21,101 bases of DNA from Actinomycetes bacterium (lineage in GTDB: Bacteria; Actinomycetota; Coriobacteriia; Anaerosomatales; Anaerosomataceae): assembly GCA_021372825.1 (NCBI GenBank), contig JAJFTR010000102.1:1-21101 (forward strand), written 5' to 3'. A model generated the notes under the pieces. It ran no database searches and was not told the origin of the DNA. It was given only the letters and a program-made list of their open reading frames with translations. Below, piece by piece: positions 7,344-13,613 of the stretch (positions within the stretch are counted from its first letter, which is position 1; every line of letters begins with the position of its first letter). A program made the translations under genes and the position numbers.

Positions 7344-7556
7344 GTGGACCAGTATTCGCCGATCAAGGGCAAGTGTCAGTTCTGGCGCGAGGCGCCCGAT
7401 GAGGACGACCGCTACGACATGTCCGTTAAGACCCCCAACAAGCGCGTGCGCTGCTCGTGTTGGGTGGATGGCGACCAGTGGGTCGTCACCAATGCGACCA
7501 TTCCGAGCGACTGTCCGCGCAAACTCCAGTGCAGGTACTACATCAAGACAGGATAG
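7344..7556 (+). CDS. Small (70 aa) Cys-rich hypothetical protein
   Basis: It lies in the frame of ORF 7017..7556. The start is GTG at 7344, with GGAGG 7 nt upstream. The product is VDQYSPIKGKCQFWREAPDEDDRYDMSVKTPNKRVRCSCWVDGDQWVVTNATIPSDCPRKLQCRYYIKTG, with 5 Cys. It follows ctaB after a 56-nt gap, and a hairpin follows it. I recognise no homolog. Confidence 0.45.
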   Translation: MDQYSPIKGKCQFWREAPDEDDRYDMSVKTPNKRVRCSCWVDGDQWVVTNATIPSDCPRKLQCRYYIKTG

Positions 7557-7568
7557 GGGCTCTCTCCT

Positions 7569-7612
7569 GCCGGAAGCACAACAGCCCCCAAGTTCAGAGG
7601 GGCTTCTGTGTT
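7569..7612 (+). repeat. Copy A of the repeated element CCGGAAGCACAACAGCCCC plus an imperfect hairpin (CAGCCCC-n10-GGGGCTtCTG) and a T-rich tail; probable terminator of the small ORF
   Basis: The same 19-mer occurs again at 11256-11274. Here the stem is degenerate, with 2 mismatches, and is followed by TCTGTGTTTCTCG. Confidence 0.5.
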
Positions 7613-8044
7613 TCTCGACCGTCGTATCCATCACTGCGCTTGCCGCCGCGCGGACGCCAGCCAGGAATGATATCGCGCGGCCCGCTTGGCTGTGCCCTCA
7701 CGTGCGACCACTGCTGTCGCCGTTACAGCCGCGAGAACAGCCGACGAACGTGCCTCTGGGAATCGTGAGGATCGAGGCCGAGATCGCAGTCGCAAGACGC
7801 CGCCAGCTGCTAAGAGCACGTGAAATGATCAGGCGCCTAATTCCGAAGATCGGCAGCCGCGCCAGGTAGACGAGTCCCCACAAAGCTAGCGCTGTCGCCC
7901 CCTACGCGCGGCCTGATCGAATCGCATTCGCGCCGAAGTGAAGAACCGCGTCACTGCGGGAGCGCGGTCTGTCCGGCGCGTACACGGAGCCTCGGTCGCT
8001 GAATTCGCGCCACACCGCAAGCAGGTTGCGCGTGCCGACTGACG

Positions 8045-8665
8045 TCAGGACGTACACCGCTGGTAGCACCTTGGCGAGTACCGCACTGAGGCGAGGCCCA
8101 TCGCGAGCACCAGCCGTGGTGGATCGGTCGAGTGGTGCAGAACGCCCTGCTCAATGTTCATACGGAACGTGTAGCTGCCCAGCGAAGATGGTGAGGGGGC
8201 TCTCTGTGTCGCAGAGAGTAGATCGAAAGACACCTGCACCCCATCGCGGGTCACGCGCACGAGCACAGTCGCGTCTTCGGAGTGGACAACGGCCTTGATG
8301 CGTGCGCGAGATGAGACATAGTGTCCGGCAGCTGCATCCCACCGAAGCTCGGTCTTGACAGGCCGCTACGCGCCGGTGCTGTGGAGGTAGTTCACGTATC
8401 CGCTGAACACCCCGGTCTGGAACGAACCGGCTCCACCAGCGTGGATCACGGCCGTTTCCGTCAGTCGAGTGGAATCGACCGCAATGGCATCAGCGATCGG
8501 CGCAGCGTCCTGCGCAACAGCCGTAGTAGGGACGAGGCCCACTTCGGTGAGCGTCAGTATGCTGATTGCGAGCACTACGGCAGGTGGGCGCGATGTCCGT
8601 GAACCTTGGCGGACACGGCGCCCCCTTCGGAGGACGACACGATGCGGCCTCGATCGCCGACGCAT
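8045..8665 (-). pseudogene. Possible disrupted gene for a small secreted protein: ORFs 8366..8665 and 8045..8266 share one frame and are separated only by a TAG at 8366-8368
   Basis: I translated the junction by hand. It reads ...GYVNYLHSTGA*RPVKTELRWDAAAGHYVSSRARIKAVVHSEDATVLVRVTRDGVQVSFDLL... and the sequence stays protein-like across the stop. The N-terminal part has a signal-peptide-like segment, AVVLAISILTLTEVGLVPTTAVAQ. The region lacks any other plausible gene. Confidence 0.25.
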
Positions 8666-9098
8666 GCACCCCTACGAGTATCCCCGTGTGTGAGCGGCCG
8701 CGCACGTGGAAGCTGAGCGCGGACGGTCCGTGAGCTCCTCACCCGGTGCAGCAATGGAGAAGCACGTGTGGGTGCTCTGACTGAAGGTTGAGCTAACGGG
8801 CAGGTCCTGCCGGGCGCCGCGAAGCCCAAGCAAGTCCATCTCTTCAGGGCGCTGGCGCTTCGTACAAGGGCCCCGAGTCAGGCGCCGCCCCATCTTAGAA
8901 GGAGAAGTTCTCGGGTGGCGTAGCTAAGAGGACGCAGCGCGCTCCTGGACGGCGTCAGGCAACCATGGCTACCAGCGCCCCGGTAACGAGATTCTTCGAT
9001 TGTTGTTCCAATGCTGCAACCACGTCCTCCTACATCCGCATCATCCTTGCGGTGCAGGACTGTAGCGGGACTCGGGATTCAGAGGAGGAGATCACAGC

Positions 9099-10823
9099 AT
9101 GCTCGATCGCAGGGAGTTCATCAAGATTGGCGCGACAGGCGCGATGAGTCTCGCGGCGGCCGCTTCGGGAATGACTTGGCCGCTGGAAGCCTTCGCAGCC
9201 GCATACGGAAGCTCGAAAGACGCTTGGAAGTTCGCTGTGATGGCTGACACGCAGTGGAAGGCCAACCTCGACGGCAGGAATCCGGGCACGTGCGCCGTCG
9301 GCATCGTCAATGCACTGAACGCTCAGTTCATCCGGCATGGCGCGAAGTTCGTGATCCAGGTAGGCGACCTCGTCGACAAGGAGACGGACGAGGTCAATGG
9401 GAATCCTGGCGTGCGCACGCTTCCCGTCCGTGCTGCGGCCGCTCAGGCGCTCTACGACGCAGGCATCGGCTTCTACCCGCTTCGTGGCAATCACGAAGGG
9501 AGTGTCATCGCGGCTTCAGAGATGTCGACGCTCTTCCCGCAGATGCGCGGCGAGGGACCGAACGTGTTCGGCGCCACGGCGTTCTCGAGCCCGTTTGCGA
9601 CTCTGAACGGTTTGAGCTACGCCTTTGACTTCGGCAACGTCCGGTTCGTCATGCTCGACCAGTTCAAGCGCCTGGACAACACGGATTACCTGGGCAGCTC
9701 CAACAACAACATCGTCGATCAGATCCCATGGATCGAGCAGCAGCTTGAAGGCCGGTCTCCATCCACACATGCGTTCGTGCTCGCGCACAAGAACCTGACC
9801 GGCGGAAACCATCGCGACTGTCTGTTCGGCGGGGACCCGAACGACAACCTCGAGTCACGTGACCGCTTCATCAACGTCCTGGCCGAGAACGACGTGCGCT
9901 ACCTGCTTGGCGGCCACGACCACATGCACCACCGGTCCGTCATCGCTGACTCGGCTCGAAGCGCATCGGTCAAGCAGCTCATCTGCTCATCGAACAGCTA
10001 CAAGTTCTACATCCCGCAGCGTCCGTCGAACGACTACCAGTACAACACCGTTGAGCTCGAGCGCATGATGGCCGAGGAGCTGTGGACGATCGGCTACTAC
10101 ATCGTCACGGTGGACGGGCCGCGTCTCACCATCGACTACTACGCCGCAAGCACCGGGGTGGACTTCGGTGACATCGATCTCACGATCACGCCCGAGAACC
10201 TGGTCTTCTTCAAGCGTGAATCGTGGGGTTACAGCCTGAATGGCAAGGAGTTCATCGTCGCTCCGGGAGATTCCTATACGGTCGTAGAAGACAGGTTCCA
10301 GGACTCGGCTGCAAGGATCCTTGACGGCAGCCACGGCGGCACCGCGGTGACGGACTATGCTGGCCGCCCGATGGTGAAGGCCGTGAACACCGGCTGGGCC
10401 TCGCCGAGCGGGGACGAGCGCGATGCGGCAAGCGCTGTCCTGAGCATCTGGGGAATAGCCGACAACCTGGCGCTTTGGGACGACGTGCTCTCGGGCGTTC
10501 TTCCCGATACCGACAGGACCGACGTGGGCGACGTGTACGTGCTCTCGATGAGCTATGACACCGAACGCGCGCACGCGTGGGGGAGCGGCCGCTACCTGCT
10601 GGCCACGAGGGACGAGAAGGGCAAGTGGGTCAACGCGGTCGACACGAACCACGGTGGTACTGCACGGTACATCGCTGGGCCGTGGCGCAAGGGCTATCCG
10701 CTCGGGAGCTACGGCGTGGATGCGAGCAGTAAGACGGCGTGGGCCGTCATCAACCACGAAGGCGACTTCGCGGTACGGCGCGGTATCGAGGCCGCGGCGC
10801 CCGGTCAGCGCGGACGTGGCTAG
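9099..10823 (+). CDS. Tat-secreted calcineurin-like metallophosphoesterase with a ~250-aa C-terminal extension
   Basis: ATG at 9099 follows GAGGAGGAG with an 8-nt spacer. The twin-arginine motif is DRREFIKIGATGAMSLAAAASG. The phosphoesterase motifs are VMADTQ (motif I with Q in place of H), QVGDLVD, RGNHE and GGHDHMHH. Confidence 0.85.
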   Translation: MLDRREFIKIGATGAMSLAAAASGMTWPLEAFAAAYGSSKDAWKFAVMADTQWKANLDGRNPGTCAVGIVNALNAQFIRHGAKFVIQVGDLVDKETDEVNGNPGVRTLPVRAAAAQALYDAGIGFYPLRGNHEGSVIAASEMSTLFPQMRGEGPNVFGATAFSSPFATLNGLSYAFDFGNVRFVMLDQFKRLDNTDYLGSSNNNIVDQIPWIEQQLEGRSPSTHAFVLAHKNLTGGNHRDCLFGGDPNDNLESRDRFINVLAENDVRYLLGGHDHMHHRSVIADSARSASVKQLICSSNSYKFYIPQRPSNDYQYNTVELERMMAEELWTIGYYIVTVDGPRLTIDYYAASTGVDFGDIDLTITPENLVFFKRESWGYSLNGKEFIVAPGDSYTVVEDRFQDSAARILDGSHGGTAVTDYAGRPMVKAVNTGWASPSGDERDAASAVLSIWGIADNLALWDDVLSGVLPDTDRTDVGDVYVLSMSYDTERAHAWGSGRYLLATRDEKGKWVNAVDTNHGGTARYIAGPWRKGYPLGSYGVDASSKTAWAVINHEGDFAVRRGIEAAAPGQRGRG

Positions 10824-10864
10824 CACGTGTGCTGCGTCGCCCATGGAGACGTAGGCGAGAGCTT

Positions 10865-10901
10865 GGGGTGGGTCCTTCCGGGGACCCACCCCGTTTGCTT
10901 T
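10865..10901 (+). terminator. Strong intrinsic terminator: GGGGTGGGTCC-TTCCGG-GGACCCACCCC followed by GTTTGCTTT
   Basis: An 11-bp perfect GC-rich stem and a U-rich tail, 41 nt after the phosphoesterase stop. Confidence 0.65.
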
Positions 10902-11255
10902 GACCTGCAGGTGCCCGCAGACGCGTGACTATCGGCCCGAGACGGGCAGAACACAACTGCGCCGTTCGAAGCCCCGCAGGTTCTGGCCACGCAGACTGCT
11001 CCCAAGGCAGCTTCGCCACTGTCGCATCTCGGGCGACGCTAGCATTTGTGGGTAGCGGGTGCTCGCGTGGTCCGGTCGATCTTCCGTACCTAGATATTGA
11101 GCCGACCGGCATGCGGGAGCGCGCCGCTTTCGGCTCTTGGGTATCCCGCTGCTCATTGACGAGCAGACGAGAGTGACGCGGCAAGCCAGGCCCAATTCGT
11201 TCGAGGAGATCCTGTCCGAAACCGACGGCGAAGCGGGAGGGTGCCTGAGTTGTTA

Positions 11256-11303
11256 CCGGAAGCACAACAGCCCCTGAATCCTCAGGGGCTGTTGCCGGAA
11301 GCC
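11256..11303. repeat. Copy B of the repeated element: CCGGAAGC-ACAACAGCCCCTGA-atcc-TCAGGGGCTGTTG-CCGGAAGC (a perfect 13-bp palindrome flanked by the direct octamer CCGGAAGC)
   Basis: It shares 19 identical nt with copy A at 7569-7587. It sits in a 676-nt noncoding gap between the convergent phosphoesterase and sufB genes. Neither side has a U-tract. Confidence 0.5.
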
Positions 11304-11499
11304 AAACGGCGCATGGGCTTTGCGAGTGGTATTCGTCTGCCGCTCAGCGTACTCCGCTCATTCTAGACCCGCATCAACACGACCGGGAGTTCACGCCGCG
11401 AATCGCGTCGCTGCGTGCGGACCATCATTCGGGAGCAAGCTTCGTTCCAAAGTGCGCGCATGCCCTGAGTCTTTCAGGCGCGGCCGACCGGCAGTTGGC

Positions 11500-12768
11500 C
11501 TACATCGCCTCTTTGGCGGTCTCCTCAAGTGCCTTGTCGATCTGTCGGCGAAGCACATCCGGCAACCCGGGGATGTCGATGTTGACGAACCCGCGGGTGA
11601 TCATCGAGACGGCCTCGTCCTTGGGCAGACCTCGCGTCATAAGGTAGTAGATCTCCTCGGCGGCGATAGGCGAGATCGCGGCCTCGTGGGACAGCTCCGC
11701 GCCTGGTGCGCCCTCGCTCACCAGGTCGGGGATGGCCCATTGTGTAGAAGCAGATGACTGCACGATGCCGCGGCAGTCCAGATGCGCCTTGCAGTCGTTG
11801 GTTCGTCCTATGAGGCGACCGCGAGAGTACACGACCGACTCGTCGAGGGTGACCGTGCGCGCCACAGCCTCGCTCCGTGAGCCTTCGCCGATGAGTTGCG
11901 CCTCGCTGCCGAGATCGATGATCGACTTCTTGAGCCCATAGACGATTGTGTTGAACACCGCAGTCGAGCCTTTGCCCTCGAGTTTGGCGACAGGGAATGA
12001 CTGGATGGACTTCACGGGGGTGAGCAGGACGTAGTTGTTGATGTATACACCGCCGTCGTCGACTACCACGGCTGTGCGCGGACGGACGCTGAAATCCTCG
12101 CCCCAGTTGTGCACCATCGTGAAGGTGAGCTTTGCGTTCTTGCCCACGTAGAACTCGGAGATCCCTGCGTGCAGGCCTTCTTTGACGTCCACGTGCACAT
12201 TGCATCCGGTGATGACGTTCGCCTCGGCACCGTCCTCGACGATGATGAGGTTGTGCACGTTCTGGGAGACGTTGCTCTCGCTCACGAAGAGGCATGCCTG
12301 GATGGGCTTCTCCACCTTGTGGCCCGCCTTCACGCGGATGAAGTAGCCCTCCGTCTGGTGGAGCGCCACAAGCGCGGTGTACTTGTCCTTGTCGGGCATG
12401 ACCGCGCGCCACCAGTACTTCTCCAACATCTCGTCAGGCCACTTCGCGAGCGCGTCTTGCGTGCTCATGATCTCGATGGCGTTGTCGAACGCGTTCTGCA
12501 CACGCTCGTAGATGGGCGTGCGGTCCATCTGGAAGTACGAGCCGCTGCGCTCGCTCTCATCAGCGACGAACCCCGAGTGGATGACTGTCTCTTTGATCTG
12601 CTTCTCAAGAGAGGCGAGAGAGTCGATCTTGTCTTGCTCGGAGACGGTCCTGAAGCGGGTGATGTCCACATCCGGGCCGAGCGTGGCCGGCTTGTCGATG
12701 GCCTTTTCGGCGGCCTCGCGGATCTCTGCTAAGCGCTGCTGCGCCGCGGTACTCACAGTCTCTGGCAT
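11500..12768 (-). CDS. sufB: Fe-S cluster assembly scaffold protein, SufB/SufD family (likely SufB of a minimal SufBC system)
   Basis: ORF track 11500..12786. The start is ATG at 12768, with GGAG 8 nt upstream, and it overlaps the end of sufC by 16 nt. The product has a SufB/D beta-helix core and a conserved C-terminal ...HEAAISPIAAEEIYYLMTRGLPKDEAVSMITRGF. The stop TAG is confirmed at 11500. Confidence 0.85.
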   Translation of the reverse strand: MPETVSTAAQQRLAEIREAAEKAIDKPATLGPDVDITRFRTVSEQDKIDSLASLEKQIKETVIHSGFVADESERSGSYFQMDRTPIYERVQNAFDNAIEIMSTQDALAKWPDEMLEKYWWRAVMPDKDKYTALVALHQTEGYFIRVKAGHKVEKPIQACLFVSESNVSQNVHNLIIVEDGAEANVITGCNVHVDVKEGLHAGISEFYVGKNAKLTFTMVHNWGEDFSVRPRTAVVVDDGGVYINNYVLLTPVKSIQSFPVAKLEGKGSTAVFNTIVYGLKKSIIDLGSEAQLIGEGSRSEAVARTVTLDESVVYSRGRLIGRTNDCKAHLDCRGIVQSSASTQWAIPDLVSEGAPGAELSHEAAISPIAAEEIYYLMTRGLPKDEAVSMITRGFVNIDIPGLPDVLRRQIDKALEETAKEAM

Positions 12769-13517
12769 ATCGCACACTCCACACACGCGTCGTAACCATG
12801 GCGGGAGATCTCATCGATCAAGTCGAGCGGGTTGCCTCGGCATGCAAGGTGTCCCTCGTAAAGCACGTGCGCGATGTCCGCGTTCACGTACTGCAAGATG
12901 TGGCCGGTATGTGTGATGATAAGGCCGGAGCGCGTGCGTTCCGACACCCTTCCGTCGCCTTTGAGCAGCGCGTTCATCGCGGCGCCGACGACGGCGATGT
13001 TATCCAGGTCGACACCCGACTCAGGCTCGTCGAAGAGTGCAAGATCGGGTTCCTGAACCAAGAGCTGAGCCATCTCCGAGCGTTTGGCCTCGCCTCCCGA
13101 GAAGCCCATGTTCACCTCGCGGTCGAGCATGTACTCCAACGAGAGGTCCTCGTCGAGCTTCACGACAGTCTCTTCCGGCAGCTTCCCGCCAGCGGCGACG
13201 TCGAGCATCTGGCGCAATCTCACGCCGCGCACCGCAGGGGGCCTCTGGAAAGCGATGCCGATCCCCAAGCGAGCGCGCTCGTCGATCTCGAGGCCGGAGA
13301 GGTCTTGGCCCTTGAAGACGATCCTCCCCTGGGTCACACGGTAGTTGGGCAGCCCGATGATGGTGTTGAGAAGCGTCGACTTACCCGTGCCGTTCGGGCC
13401 GAGCAGTACATGGGTCTCGCCCTCACCGATGGCCAGGTCTACTCCGCGCAGGATCTCGCGGTCACCGACGGAAACATGCAGGTCTTCGATCAGTAGCAGC
13501 GGTTCAGCAGATGCCAT
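12753..13517 (-). CDS. sufC: Fe-S cluster assembly ATPase SufC
   Basis: The motifs are Walker A GPNGTGKST, ABC signature FSGGEAKR and Walker B LALFDEPESGVD. ATG at 13517 has GAGG 6 nt upstream. The C-terminus has an unusual tail, YDACVECAICQRL. Confidence 0.9.
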   Translation of the reverse strand: MASAEPLLLIEDLHVSVGDREILRGVDLAIGEGETHVLLGPNGTGKSTLLNTIIGLPNYRVTQGRIVFKGQDLSGLEIDERARLGIGIAFQRPPAVRGVRLRQMLDVAAGGKLPEETVVKLDEDLSLEYMLDREVNMGFSGGEAKRSEMAQLLVQEPDLALFDEPESGVDLDNIAVVGAAMNALLKGDGRVSERTRSGLIITHTGHILQYVNADIAHVLYEGHLACRGNPLDLIDEISRHGYDACVECAICQRL

Positions 13518-13613
13518 ACGTCGCCTCGTTTCATAAAGCGGGTCTCAACACCTTGTACCCCACGCGCGTTCTGCCTGCCAGAGCCTCTTCGTTCTTGCAC
13601 GGTCACGCCCCTG

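Noticed and set aside
7336-7869. ORF 7336..7869 (177 aa) and ORF 7457..7768
   Set aside because: They overlap the better-supported small Cys-rich ORF in different frames. The products are Ser/Arg/Pro/Thr-rich with no motif, and they run through the terminator-like repeat element.
9987-10889. Antisense ORF 9987..10889 (300 aa) and sense-strand overlapping ORFs inside the phosphoesterase gene
   Set aside because: They are shadows of the phosphoesterase gene, which has a Tat signal and four catalytic motifs.
10750-11265. ORF 10750..11265 (171 aa, minus) and ORFs 10925..11176 and 10929..11195 in the convergent intergenic gap
   Set aside because: The products are Arg/Pro/Ser-rich without start signals. 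The longest runs through the strong terminator hairpin. They were treated as noncoding.
11525-12412. ORF 11525..12412 (295 aa, minus) and ORF 12109..12732 (plus) within sufB
   Set aside because: They are alternative-frame or antisense shadows. The sufB frame carries the conserved SufB/D C-terminal block.
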